Shown here: positions 9,640 through 18,572 of the stretch, in pieces
Layout of the letters: every line of letters begins with the position of its first letter
How positions within the stretch are numbered: the stretch's first letter is position 1
Source of the DNA: an uncultured Caulobacteraceae bacterium
GTDB taxonomy: Bacteria > Pseudomonadota > Alphaproteobacteria > Caulobacterales > Caulobacteraceae
Direction of reading: 5' to 3'
NCBI GenBank assembly: GCA_964243985.1
Contig: CAXTHJ010000004.1
Span: forward strand, 26,066 to 90,065
Length of the DNA: 64,000 nt
Notes under the pieces: model-generated
Told to the model about the DNA's origin: nothing
Databases searched by the model: none
The model's input: only the letters and a program-made list of their open reading frames with translations
Translations under genes and position numbers: made by a program

Positions 9640-10428
9640 ATGAGCGACGCCGTTCTTTCTAATCCCGCCTTCCGCGCCTCGACGCCTAGCGTGACCCCGA
9701 CAGATCGCCTGAAGCCGATGAAGGTGCAGCCGCTGCGCGCTCTCAAGGCGATCCGCCGACTGTTAGCGGATAAAGACGACACCGTTCAGGTGTTCGAGAT
9801 CATGCAGGCGCTGAACGGCCGGTCTAAGGCTAAGGCCTATCGCCGGCTGATGTCCACTGTATCGGGCGGCAAGATCGCCTATGATCGGGTGGAGATCGCG
9901 CCGCTTTTGTCGAACCACGCTTTTGTCGATAGCTTCGCCGAGGGCACGGTGGGGGGCGCCTATCGCCAGTTTGTCCGCTCTGAGGGCCTGACGCCGGAAG
10001 GGTTGGCGGCCGAAAGCCTCAAGGCTCGCGATACGGCGCTAAATATTCAACACCCCGTCGCCTGGTTTGGCCGCCGCATCCGGGACACCCACGACATCTG
10101 GCACATCCTCACCGGCTATCATCGCGACGGGCTTGGAGAATTGTCCCTGGTGGCCTTTTCCTACGCTCAGACCCGGTCTCCGGGCTGGGCCCTGATCGCG
10201 GTCGGCGGAGTCTTGCAAGGTTTCAAGCTTGGCCACGGACGCGAGACGTTGAAGATCGTTTGGCAGGCCTATCGCAATGGCAAAAAGGCGGCCTGGCTGC
10301 CTGGGCAGGATTTCGTCACCTTGCTGAACGAGCCTTTGGAGGCGGCGCGCGCCCGGCTGAATATCGCCCGTCCGAACCTCTACGACGCCGTACCGCCAGA
10401 GCGGCGCAACGGTGTCGCGTTCGGCTAA
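9640..10428 (+). CDS. Coq4-family protein (ubiquinone biosynthesis COQ4-like)
   Basis: Zinc-ligand motif HDxxH-X11-E is present exactly: HDIWH-ILTGYHRDGLG-E. Start moved from the track value 9526 to ATG 9640 (MSDAVLSN..) to remove the overlap with the divergent RHH gene. Confidence 0.75.
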   Translation: MSDAVLSNPAFRASTPSVTPTDRLKPMKVQPLRALKAIRRLLADKDDTVQVFEIMQALNGRSKAKAYRRLMSTVSGGKIAYDRVEIAPLLSNHAFVDSFAEGTVGGAYRQFVRSEGLTPEGLAAESLKARDTALNIQHPVAWFGRRIRDTHDIWHILTGYHRDGLGELSLVAFSYAQTRSPGWALIAVGGVLQGFKLGHGRETLKIVWQAYRNGKKAAWLPGQDFVTLLNEPLEAARARLNIARPNLYDAVPPERRNGVAFG

Positions 10429-10429
10429 G

Positions 10430-10609
10430 TCACTGACCTCGCTTGTGACCATCTAAGTCGCGCGCGGCTTTGGTGGCGGCGAGGCTTTCCACCTTTTTCT
10501 CCGCCTTCGTGCGGCCGAACCTAATGCGGTTCTCGGCGGCCTGTATCTCGCCTTCGGCCCGGGCTTTGGCTTTGCGGGCCTTGTTCAGGTTGATCAGCGT
10601 TGTCGTCAT
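10430..10609 (-). CDS. DUF4169-family small basic protein (59 aa)
   Basis: Below the ORF-track size cutoff and found by manual translation: MTTTLINLNKARKAKARAEGEIQAAENRIRFGRTKAEKKVESLAATKAARDLDGHKRGQ. It fits the recalled DUF4169 pattern (NL.kaRK..ar....A.eNR..fGRTKAE....LDGH). Its ATG overlaps the upstream stop as ATGA (10606-10609). Confidence 0.7.
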   Translation of the reverse strand: MTTTLINLNKARKAKARAEGEIQAAENRIRFGRTKAEKKVESLAATKAARDLDGHKRGQ

Positions 10610-10827
10610 CGGGAGACCGGCCGAGCCTCTTCCGCTCCCCCAGCTATTGCTTCGACGATAAGGGCGTTATCCTCAGCCCATCGCTGATCTGCCGCCTTGG
10701 TCTCCTCGGCACGGTCGAGATAGCGGCGTAGGGCAGTCTCCACGAGAACGGAAAGCTCGGCGCCCTCCGCCTCCGCCCGGGCGACGAGCGACGCCTCCAA
10801 ATTTAGATGAACGTCAGTTCGGGCCAT
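10606..10827 (-). CDS. CcdA-like ribbon-helix-helix antitoxin-family protein
   Basis: 73 aa. The N-terminal RHH-like segment (VHLNLEASLVARAEAEGAELSVLVETALRRYL) and C-terminal QRWAEDNALIVEAI resemble the CcdA family (..rerWleeNreaieayN). No CcdB-like gene is adjacent. Confidence 0.55.
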   Translation of the reverse strand: MARTDVHLNLEASLVARAEAEGAELSVLVETALRRYLDRAEETKAADQRWAEDNALIVEAIAGGAEEARPVSR

Positions 10828-10928
10828 ACACGCCTCCTGAACGCCTAGGATAACAAATTCCGCCGATCAAGAAACCCGAGCCGGGCTTTGAGGGTTTACC
10901 GCAGCACCTTGCACTTTGGGAGAAGGCC

Positions 10929-11165
10929 ATGACCACCGCTGCTGAAATCCAAGAACACATGCACGTCCATAGCTCCGACGGCCATCATGTGGGCCGGGTA
11001 GACCATGTGAAGGGCGACCAGATTGAACTCGCCAAGCTTGACCTCACCGCTATGGGCAAGCACCACTACATCCCCGTGAGCTGGGTCGATTTCGTGGAGG
11101 ACGACAAGGTGACCCTCAGCATCACCAAGGATGAAGCCACCACCCGCTGGGCCGAAAAGCAGTAA
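10929..11165 (+). CDS. DUF2171 domain protein
   Basis: IQEHMHVHSSDGHHVGRVDHVKGDQIELAKLD...GKHHYIPVSWVDFVEDDKVTL matches the recalled DUF2171 consensus. Confidence 0.8.
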   Translation: MTTAAEIQEHMHVHSSDGHHVGRVDHVKGDQIELAKLDLTAMGKHHYIPVSWVDFVEDDKVTLSITKDEATTRWAEKQ

Positions 11166-11175
11166 GCTAATTTCT

Positions 11176-11823
11176 TCAAGACCCCTGGCGGATCGCCTGC
11201 AAAACGGCGGCGCCGGGGGCGTTGGGCGACAGACGGTAGAAGTCGGAGCCCAGCGGTAGTGCGGCAGCGAGCCGACCGCGATAGTCTCTCCGCTTGATCT
11301 CCTCCGCGCCGAATTGCGCCAAATGTTTGGTCATAAATTGCGCGTCGAGCAGGACGTAGTCGCCGACGACAAGTCTGGCGACCAGATGGACCAGCGCCAC
11401 CTTCGAGGCGTCCGTCGCGCGGGAGAACATGCTCTCTCCGAAGAAAGCCCCGCCGAGCGAAACGCCATACAACCCGCCCACGAGCGCGCCCTCGCGCCAG
11501 CATTCTATACAGTGAGCTTGCCCGCGGGCGAAAAGCTCTGCGTAAAGATATTCGATCCCACGGCTTATCCACGTTTCCTGCCGATCGGGTGCAGGCGCGG
11601 CGCAGGCGGCGACCACCTCGGAGAAGGCGGTGTCAATCCGCACCTCGAACAAGTTGCTCCTCACTGTGCGCGCCAGGCGGCTTGATAGGTGGAACCGGTC
11701 CAGCGGAATGACGCCGCGTAGTTCCGGGTCCACCAGCCTCACGCCCGGATCGTCCCGGCTGTCGGCCATGGGAAACACCCCCTCGACGTAACAGGCGATC
11801 AGGTCGTCGGGGCCGAAAGCCAT
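11176..11823 (-). CDS. aat: Leucyl/phenylalanyl-tRNA--protein transferase
   Basis: [11 protein letters not shown].., [26 protein letters not shown].., [21 protein letters not shown]. Its start codon overlaps the accC stop by 1 nt. Confidence 0.9.
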   Translation of the reverse strand: MAFGPDDLIACYVEGVFPMADSRDDPGVRLVDPELRGVIPLDRFHLSSRLARTVRSNLFEVRIDTAFSEVVAACAAPAPDRQETWISRGIEYLYAELFARGQAHCIECWREGALVGGLYGVSLGGAFFGESMFSRATDASKVALVHLVARLVVGDYVLLDAQFMTKHLAQFGAEEIKRRDYRGRLAAALPLGSDFYRLSPNAPGAAVLQAIRQGS

Positions 11824-13166
11824 CAGCCGTGTTCGGCCATCCAGCGTTCAAGCCAGTGGATGTCGTAGGTCCCGGCGCGAATGTCTGGGTTGCCCAGCAG
11901 GTCCTGGAATAGGGGTATGGTGGTCTCGATCCCGCCCACCACCATTTCGCCCAGGCACCGTTGCATCCGCGAGATGGCTTCGGCCCGATCGCGCCCGTGC
12001 ACGATCAGCTTGCCGATCAGGCTGTCATAATAGGGCGGAATTGAATACCCGGCGTAGATCGCTGAATCCAGCCGCACGCCAAGTCCCCCCGGCGCGTGGA
12101 AGTCTGTGACCAGGCCGGGGGAGGGGGTGAAAGTCCTCGGGTTTTCCGCATTGATGCGGCACTCGATAGCATGGCCTTCGATCATCACGTCCTTCTGGGT
12201 GAAGGAGAGGGGCAGGCCATCGGCAATGCGGATTTGTTCGCGCACAAGATCGATGCCGGTGATGGCTTCGGTGACGGGATGCTCCACCTGCAGGCGGGTG
12301 TTCATCTCGATGAAGAAGAACTCGCCATCTTCGTACAGGAACTCGATGGTGCCGACACCGAGGTAGCCGATCTTGGCTATGGCTTCGACCACCGTCCGGC
12401 CGATCTTCTCGCGGGCGGCCGCGTCAATGACGGGGGATGGGGCTTCTTCCAGCACCTTTTGATGGCGGCGTTGTAGGGAGCAGTCTCGTTCGCCGAGGTG
12501 GCAGACCGTGCCGAAGCTGTCGGCGATCACCTGGATTTCGATATGGCGGGGCTTTTGGAGGTAGCGCTCCATATAGACCGCGCCGTCGCCGAACGCAGCC
12601 TTAGCCTCGGTCTGCGCCGTCTGCACCGCTTCTTCTAGCTGGTCGGCGTTTTTGGCGACCTTCATGCCGCGCCCGCCGCCGCCCGCCGCCGCTTTGATGA
12701 GAACGGGGAAGCCGATCGCTTCAGCCGCCTCGAAGGCTTCCTCCACCGTCTCGACGCCGCCGTCAGATCCCGGCACGACCGGGATGCCGGCGTCCTTTAC
12801 CGTTTGCTTGGCGCTGATCTTGTCGCCCATCACGCGGATATGCTCGGGCTTGGGCCCGATGAAGGTCATGCCATGCGCGCCCACGATCTCGGCGAAGCGG
12901 GCATTTTCCGATAGGAACCCATACCCCGGATGAATCGCCTCAGCCCCGGTGATCTCGGCGGCGGAGATGATCGAAGGCACGTTCAGATAGCTCTTGGCTG
13001 CCGAAGCCGGACCGATGCAGACGCTCTCATCCGCCAGCCGCACGTGCATGGCGCCGGCGTCGGCTTCGGAGTGGACCGCCACCGTGGCGATTCCCATCTC
13101 CTTGCAGGCGCGATGCACCCGAAGGGCGATCTCGCCTCGGTTGGCGATCAGGATCTTCTTGAACAC
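11823..13166 (-). CDS. accC: Acetyl-CoA carboxylase, biotin carboxylase subunit
   Basis: [20 protein letters not shown].., ATP-grasp core, [15 protein letters not shown] place the start at GTG 13166 ([11 protein letters not shown]). The 19 extra residues in the track ORF (to 13223) overlap accB and look non-homologous. Confidence 0.95.
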   Translation of the reverse strand: MFKKILIANRGEIALRVHRACKEMGIATVAVHSEADAGAMHVRLADESVCIGPASAAKSYLNVPSIISAAEITGAEAIHPGYGFLSENARFAEIVGAHGMTFIGPKPEHIRVMGDKISAKQTVKDAGIPVVPGSDGGVETVEEAFEAAEAIGFPVLIKAAAGGGGRGMKVAKNADQLEEAVQTAQTEAKAAFGDGAVYMERYLQKPRHIEIQVIADSFGTVCHLGERDCSLQRRHQKVLEEAPSPVIDAAAREKIGRTVVEAIAKIGYLGVGTIEFLYEDGEFFFIEMNTRLQVEHPVTEAITGIDLVREQIRIADGLPLSFTQKDVMIEGHAIECRINAENPRTFTPSPGLVTDFHAPGGLGVRLDSAIYAGYSIPPYYDSLIGKLIVHGRDRAEAISRMQRCLGEMVVGGIETTIPLFQDLLGNPDIRAGTYDIHWLERWMAEHG

Positions 13167-13170
13167 GGCC

Positions 13171-13695
13171 TTATTCCAGCACCACCAGGGGCGCGCCATA
13201 TTCCACCGGCTGGCCGTCCTCAACCAGGATTTCGGCGACCGTTCCCGCGCGGGGGGCGGGGATGGGGTTCATGGTCTTCATGGCCTCGACGATCACCAGG
13301 GTCTGGCCTTCTGTGACCTTGTCGCCCGGTTTGACGAAGGGCGGCGTGCCGGGGGTGGCCTGCAGATAGATGGTGCCGACCATGGGGGATTTGACGAGAT
13401 CGCCTTTGCGTTCAACGGCGGGAGAAGGCGCCGCAGCGGTGGAGGCTTGAGCGGGCGGGGCCGTCGGCGCTACGGCTATAGGCGCAGGCGCTGAGGCGTA
13501 CATCTGCGGCGCGCCCTGGACGATGAGTTCGCGGGCGACGCGGATGCGAAGCTCGCCCTGTTCAATTTCGATCTCCGAGAGGTCCGTGTCCTTCAGGATA
13601 TCCGCCAATTTGCGCACCAACTTGGTGTCGATCGGGTTTTGCGAAGTTGTCGCCGGCGTTTCCATGGACTCGGCCGTATCCTTTATTGAAGCCAT
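13171..13695 (-). CDS. accB: Acetyl-CoA carboxylase biotin carboxyl carrier protein
   Basis: Ala/Pro linker followed by a biotinyl domain with the EAMKTMN biotinylation motif. Confidence 0.9.
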   Translation of the reverse strand: MASIKDTAESMETPATTSQNPIDTKLVRKLADILKDTDLSEIEIEQGELRIRVARELIVQGAPQMYASAPAPIAVAPTAPPAQASTAAAPSPAVERKGDLVKSPMVGTIYLQATPGTPPFVKPGDKVTEGQTLVIVEAMKTMNPIPAPRAGTVAEILVEDGQPVEYGAPLVVLE

Positions 13696-13732
13696 TCTCG
13701 ATCCTAAACGATTCTAACGAGACGACCGAAAC

Positions 13733-14173
13733 TCAGGCCGAAACCAGGTTTGCCGCCGCCTCGATGGCGAGCTCGTAACCCTTGGCGCCGAAGCCGGAGA
13801 TCACGCCCGTGGCGGCGATAGAGACCATGCTCTTGTGTCGGAACGCCTCGCGCGCCATGGGGTTCGACAGGTGGCATTCCACCACCGGGGTCGCCATCGC
13901 TTTGATGGCGTCATAGATGGCGATGGAGGTGTGGCTGTAGGCGGCGGCGTTCAGCACCACGGCGGAGGCCTCGGTCCGCGCCTCGTTCAGCCAGTCCACC
14001 AGTTCGCCCTCCTTGTTGGACTGGCGGAACACCACCTCGAACCCCAGCGCGCCGGCCTTGGCCTCACAGCGCTTGTGCAGATCGTCCAGGCTGTCGGCGC
14101 CATAGATGTGCGGCTCCCGGACGCCCAGGAGGTTCAGGTTTGGCCCGTTCAAGACGAAAATCGGTTTAGGCAT
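13733..14173 (-). CDS. aroQ: Type II 3-dehydroquinate dehydratase
   Basis: [25 protein letters not shown].., [20 protein letters not shown]. Start set at ATG 14173; the longer track ORF (to 14350) adds an Arg/Ser/Pro-rich non-homologous extension. Classic aroQ-accB-accC order. Confidence 0.9.
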   Translation of the reverse strand: MPKPIFVLNGPNLNLLGVREPHIYGADSLDDLHKRCEAKAGALGFEVVFRQSNKEGELVDWLNEARTEASAVVLNAAAYSHTSIAIYDAIKAMATPVVECHLSNPMAREAFRHKSMVSIAATGVISGFGAKGYELAIEAAANLVSA

Positions 14174-14261
14174 CAGTCCCGGTGGGCTAGGATGGCCGGA
14201 TGAGAGGGCGGACTTGTATAGCCGCGCTCCCGCCGTCACAAGCCGCGACCGTGGAGCCTTC

Positions 14262-14459
14262 ATGCGTCTGACCGTCAATGGCGAAGACCGCAATGTCGAC
14301 GCGCCGACGGTAGGCGCGCTGGTGGCGGGCCTCGGCCTTGACGTGCGCAAGGTGGCGGTGGAGCGGAACCTGGAGATCGTGCCCCGATCCCTCTACGCCC
14401 GCACAGCCCTGTCGGATGGCGACCGGATCGAAATCGTGCACTTCATCGGCGGCGGGTGA
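14262..14459 (+). CDS. thiS: Sulfur-carrier protein ThiS
   Basis: 65 aa from ATG 14262: [26 protein letters not shown]...[14 protein letters not shown], ending in the C-terminal Gly-Gly characteristic of ThiS/MoaD-type carriers. Confidence 0.8.
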   Translation: MRLTVNGEDRNVDAPTVGALVAGLGLDVRKVAVERNLEIVPRSLYARTALSDGDRIEIVHFIGGG

Positions 14460-14466
14460 GGGGGAA

Positions 14467-14547
14467 GATTGCACCATCCCCGCGGGTGCAATGGGTGCAA
14501 TGTCGAGTTTCGGATTGCACCATCTCCTTGGGTGCAATCGGTGCAAT
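14467..14547. repeat. Two tandem 35-bp units (46-bp period) built from six copies of the 8-mer ATTGCACC/GGTGCAAT
   Basis: Unit 1 (14467-14501) is GATTGCACCATCCCCGCGGGTGCAATGGGTGCAAT. Unit 2 (14513-14547) is GATTGCACCATCTCCTTGGGTGCAATCGGTGCAAT. ATTGCACC sits at 14468 and 14514; its reverse complement GGTGCAAT sits at 14485, 14494, 14531 and 14540. Confidence 0.8.
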
Positions 14548-14647
14548 CTGATCGGTGGCGGGCGGCATGGTCGGCTCCTTGAAGACCGTCCATAGTACGG
14601 CCGGATCGGCGGCGGGGGATAAGTGCGCGTTTGCGCCCCGTGCCGGC

Positions 14648-15394
14648 TTAGGAGCTGGCTTCAAAAATGCTGGCGACGTCCTCCGCACCCAGAACCCGGT
14701 AAGCGCCTGGCGCGAGGTCGTCCGGCAACGCAAGCCCGCCGATGCGGCCCCGGTGCAGGGCGGTGACGTGATTGCCCACGGCGGCGAACATGCGGCGCAC
14801 CTGATGGTAGCGGCCTTCATGGATGGTCAGGCGTGCGGAGGTGGGCGTCAGGGGTTCGAGCTCGGCAGGTAGGAGCGGGTTGTCGTCGTTCTCCAGCATC
14901 AAGTCGCCCGAAGCGAACAGGGCGGCCTCGTCGCCGCGCAGGGGCCGGTCCAGGGTGGCGAGATACTGCTTGGCCACATGCTTCTTCGGCGAGATCACCC
15001 GGTGCAGAAGATCGCCGTCATCGGTGAAGAGGAGCAGTCCCGAGGTCTCCTTATCGAGCCGCCCGATGGTGGAGAGCGCCGGCTCCCGCCGCCGCCAGCG
15101 CAGCGGCAGGAGGTCGTAGACCAACGGCCCCGACTCCTTGTGCGAACAGGTGACGCCCAGCGGCTTGTGCATCATAAGCGCCATCCCCGGCGGCGGATCG
15201 ATCGGCTGGTCCTGGATCAGCAGGCGTGGGGAGAGGTTCGGGGCGATCTTGACGTGCTGGTCGGTATCCTTCACCGCCGCGCCGTCCAGCGTGATCCATC
15301 CGGCGCGGGCCATGTCCTTCACCTCCTTGCGCGAGCCATAGCCGAGGTTGGCGAGCAGCCGGTCCAGACGGAGGGTTGCAGGCAGCTTGCTCAT
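14648..15394 (-). CDS. Pseudouridine synthase, RsuA/RluB family (S4 domain plus catalytic domain)
   Basis: S4 segment RLDRLLANLGYGSRKEVKD and catalytic-Asp motif GRLDKETSGLLLFTDDGDL. Start placed at ATG 15394 (MSKLPATLRLDRLL), which avoids the overlap with the upstream gene. Confidence 0.85.
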   Translation of the reverse strand: MSKLPATLRLDRLLANLGYGSRKEVKDMARAGWITLDGAAVKDTDQHVKIAPNLSPRLLIQDQPIDPPPGMALMMHKPLGVTCSHKESGPLVYDLLPLRWRRREPALSTIGRLDKETSGLLLFTDDGDLLHRVISPKKHVAKQYLATLDRPLRGDEAALFASGDLMLENDDNPLLPAELEPLTPTSARLTIHEGRYHQVRRMFAAVGNHVTALHRGRIGGLALPDDLAPGAYRVLGAEDVASIFEASS

Positions 15395-15404
15395 TCGCGC
15401 GCTC

Positions 15405-16325
15405 TCATTTTGTGGCCTCGAATACTTTGTAGCCACCTTGGTCGGTCTTCACCTCCACGGCGGAGAAGAGCTCGCCCAGCACCGCTTCGTAGGGCAGGTG
15501 CCGGTTGGCCACGAGCCAAAGCGAGCCGCCCTTGCGCAGGATGGCGGCGGCGCGGCGGATGAACTTTTGCCCAAGGCCCCGATCTTCCCAGCCCGAGCCG
15601 TGGAAGGGCGGGTTCATCACCACGAAGTCCAGCTTCTCCAGCGGGGCGTCGGCGCCCGTGGCGTCGGCCCAGTGGAAGGCGGCGCGGGCGTCCTGCACGT
15701 TGCGGCGGGCGCATTCGACGGCGCGGCGGTCGAGGTCGATCAGGGCCACGCGCCGCACCTTGGGCGATGTCAGCACCGCCCGCGTCAGGGAACCAACGCC
15801 ACAGCCGAGGTCCGCGCCCTCGCCGGAAAAGGCCGGCAGATGCTTTGCCAGAAGGGCGGTACCGGGATCGACCCGGTCCCAGCTGAACACGCCGGGCTGC
15901 GACCAGAGGCCGTAAGGTGGGGTCACCCGCGGCGCGCCGGCGGCGATGGCGTCCTCCAGGCCGAGAATGGTCGCGGGGCGTGAGCAGCGACAGATGCGGT
16001 GGTGCGCCTTCACCGTCTCGGTCACTACGGCGCCAAGAGCCTCCAGCTCCTTACGAAGACGCGATCCGCCGCGATCCTTGGGCGCCATGGCGAGCAGGGT
16101 TCCGTCCGGCGCTAGGGCGCGCAGGCCAAGCGCCAAGGTGTAGCGCCGCTCCACCGTGCCTGGCGGGGCCAGCAAGGTCAGTTCTGAAAGGGCGCCGGGC
16201 TCCATCGTCTCCAGAGACGCCGCGCCCGGCAGGAGGGGCGACAGCTGCACCGCATCCGGCGCAGCATCCGCCAAAGCCCTCGGCGGCGCACCGTAGACGG
16301 CGGCCGTCATGTCCTTCTCCCGCAA
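15405..16325 (-). CDS. Class I SAM-dependent methyltransferase, RsmC/RlmG-like (rRNA guanine-N2 type)
   Basis: SAM motif I ADLGCGVGSLT and motif IV FVVMNPPFH. The N-terminal domain resembles the duplicated MTS architecture. The start could be the Met at 16310. Confidence 0.75.
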   Translation of the reverse strand: MREKDMTAAVYGAPPRALADAAPDAVQLSPLLPGAASLETMEPGALSELTLLAPPGTVERRYTLALGLRALAPDGTLLAMAPKDRGGSRLRKELEALGAVVTETVKAHHRICRCSRPATILGLEDAIAAGAPRVTPPYGLWSQPGVFSWDRVDPGTALLAKHLPAFSGEGADLGCGVGSLTRAVLTSPKVRRVALIDLDRRAVECARRNVQDARAAFHWADATGADAPLEKLDFVVMNPPFHGSGWEDRGLGQKFIRRAAAILRKGGSLWLVANRHLPYEAVLGELFSAVEVKTDQGGYKVFEATK

Positions 16326-16347
16326 GGGGAGAAGGGACTTTGCACGC

Positions 16348-17464
16348 TCACTCCGCCGTCCGCGTAGCGCCCACGCGCTGCGACAGTGAGGCGCCCATGA
16401 AGGCGTCGAGGTCGCCGTCGAGCACCCCTTGAGTGTCGGAGGTCTCCACGTCTGTGCGGAGGTCCTTCACCATCTGATAGGGCTGCAGCACGTAGGAGCG
16501 GATCTGGTGGCCCCAGCCAATGTCGGTCTTCTGGGCCTCCTGCGCGGCCTTCTCCGCCTCGCGCTTCTGCAGTTCGGCCTCATAGAGGCGGGCGCGGAGC
16601 ATCTTCCACGCCTCCTCCCGGTTCTGATGCTGACTGCGCCCGGCCTGGCAGGCGACGGCGATGCCGGTGGGGATGTGGGTTAGGCGGACGGCCGAATCGG
16701 TCTTGTTGATGTGCTGGCCGCCGGCGCCGGACGCACGATAGGTGTCGGTACGCACGTCCGCCGGGTTGATCTCGATCTCGATGGTGTCGTCCACCACCGG
16801 ATAGACCCAGACCGACGAGAAGGAGGTGTGGCGCTTGGCGTTGGAGTCGAACGGCGAGATGCGGACCAGACGATGCACGCCGGCCTCGGTCTTCAGCCAG
16901 CCGTAGGCGTTGGTTCCCTTCACCAAAAGGGTCGCGGACTTGATCCCGGCCTGCTCCCCCGGGGTCTCCTCCACCAGCTCCACGTCCATGTTGTGAGCGT
17001 TGGCCCAGCGCGAATACATACGGAAGAGCATCAGGGCCCAGTCGGCGGATTCGGTGCCGCCGGCGCCGGAGTTGATCTCCACATAGGCGTCGTTGCCGTC
17101 CGCCTCGCCGGAGAGCAGGGCCTCCAGCTCGGCGCGGGCGGCACGGTCCTTCAGGGCCTTCAGCGAGGCGGCTGCCTCGTCGCCGACGCCTTGGTCGCCC
17201 TCCATTTCCGCCAGTTCCGCCAGTTCGAGGGCGTCGGCGCGCTCACGCTCCAGCGCTTTCACAGCGTCGATGGCGGTGGCGAGCCGGGAGCGTTCGCGGG
17301 AGACGGCCTGCGCCTCGGCAGGGCGATCCCACAAGGTCGGGTCTTCGACCCGGGCGTTCAGTTCATCCAGTTTCCGTAGCGAGACATCCCAGTCAAAGAC
17401 GCCTCCTGAGCAAGTCGATCGACTGCTCGATGTCGGCTGCAGCAGCCTCGACATCCGCTCTCAT
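16348..17464 (-). CDS. prfB: Peptide chain release factor 2, with programmed +1 ribosomal frameshift
   Basis: Frame 0 runs 17464..17396 ([23 protein letters not shown]) and then meets an in-frame TGA at 17395-17393. Frame +1 from 17394 gives [23 protein letters not shown].. through to 16348. RF2 SPF motif (RISPFDS) and GGQ motif ([10 protein letters not shown]) are present. Confidence 0.92.
17392..17407 (-). promoter_or_regulatory. prfB autoregulatory +1 frameshift site
   Basis: Minus strand reads AGG AGG CGT CTT TGA C: a Shine-Dalgarno-like AGGAGG three nt upstream of the canonical CTT-TGA-C slippery/stop context. Confidence 0.88.
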
Positions 17465-17759
17465 GGTGTAACCCTTTGGACAAGTAGGCGCGGGAGATAG
17501 CCTTCAACACGGATGTTAGCAAATTGGAAAACGGGGCAACGAAATGTTGATTTACGACCACGACCGGCTATCCCCCATTTCCTGTTGAGACATGATTTTA
17601 AACTTGAACGTGTTGCGCTTGCCGAGCAGCCTACCTTCTAGTTATGCTTTCATGTCTCAAAGCGATCGCGAACCGAGTGTGGCCTTTGTTATAAAGTTTT
17701 GCGGTCACTCGCTGCGTTGACTGATATGCGATATCAAGTCATAGATTGGGATTTGCAGA

Positions 17760-18461
17760 ATGGACCCACGATTTCGATTTCGAGTTAAAAGAGAGAAGAT
17801 CTTGTCACTTTTTACAATATTTGAAAAACATACTGGACCAGTAATAAATAAATGGGCCCATTATTTTCCAATTTACGAGAACCATTTTTCCCGGTTCCGT
17901 GGCGTCCCGACCTTGATGTTTGAGATTGGGGCCGGGCATGGAGGCTCGGGCCAGTTATGGCGATCTTATTTCGGCCCGACGGTCCAGATTGTTTCGATAG
18001 ACATCCGCGAAGAATGCAAGGATCTCGAAAGCGAGCAGATTGCTGTCCGTATTGGCAGCCAGGCAGACGCGGCGTTCTTACAAAGCATCGTAGACGAGTT
18101 TGGCCGCCCCGACATCGTACTTGATGACGGCAGCCATGTGATGGAACATGTTTGTGAGACGTTTAAATACCTTTATCCGCAGATGGCCCGTGGCGGCGTT
18201 TATTTGGTGGAAGACCTTCATACAGCCTATTGGGAGGAGTACGGAGGAGGATTGCGCAAAGAAGGATCTTTCATCGAGCTGATAAAAGTTTTGATTGATG
18301 AAATGCATTCCCATTATAGTCGGGATGGTATTGCTCCCACCATATATAGCGAAAATACTAGGGCTATACATGTGTATGACAGCATCATTTCTTTAGATCA
18401 TGGGAAGTTTCAACAGCGTGGACAAGTCAGTCGGCCAACCGGTAGCGATGTCCTATACTAA
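17760..18461 (+). CDS. Class I SAM-dependent methyltransferase, CmcI-like (PF04989-type sugar O-methyltransferase/hydroxylase family)
   Basis: INKWAHYFPIYENHFSRFRG.., SAM-binding EIGAGHGGS, IVLDDGSH, VYLVEDLHTAYW. The gene and its flanks are visibly AT-rich compared with neighbouring prfB and mrcA. Confidence 0.7.
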   Translation: MDPRFRFRVKREKILSLFTIFEKHTGPVINKWAHYFPIYENHFSRFRGVPTLMFEIGAGHGGSGQLWRSYFGPTVQIVSIDIREECKDLESEQIAVRIGSQADAAFLQSIVDEFGRPDIVLDDGSHVMEHVCETFKYLYPQMARGGVYLVEDLHTAYWEEYGGGLRKEGSFIELIKVLIDEMHSHYSRDGIAPTIYSENTRAIHVYDSIISLDHGKFQQRGQVSRPTGSDVLY

Positions 18462-18572
18462 CATGCATGCTTTAGGAACCATCCATTATGCACCCGGACG
18501 TTGTATGCAACTATAGATTTCAATCAGAGTCTGTAATCTGGCTTTAAGTGCGGGCGCCGTAAATTGGCGACC

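Noticed and set aside
14174-14261. Possible TPP (THI-box) riboswitch upstream of thiS
   Set aside because: Only a TGAGA pentamer is present. The conserved ACCUGAUC..GGAUAAUGCC..GGGA core is missing, so I cannot support it without a covariance-model hit.
14174-14350. Extended starts for aroQ (to 14350) and thiS (from 14106)
   Set aside because: The extensions overlap each other on opposite strands and are low-complexity. The conserved N-termini ([17 protein letters not shown]) begin at internal ATGs.
14467-14547. CRISPR array
   Set aside because: There are only two units with an 11-bp gap. The units are internally palindromic 8-mer clusters, and no cas genes are nearby.
17395-17454. N-terminal 20 residues of the track ORF for prfB ([19 protein letters not shown]..)
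   Set aside because: They are read in the +1 frame upstream of the frameshift site. The genuine N-terminus is in frame 0 from ATG 17464.
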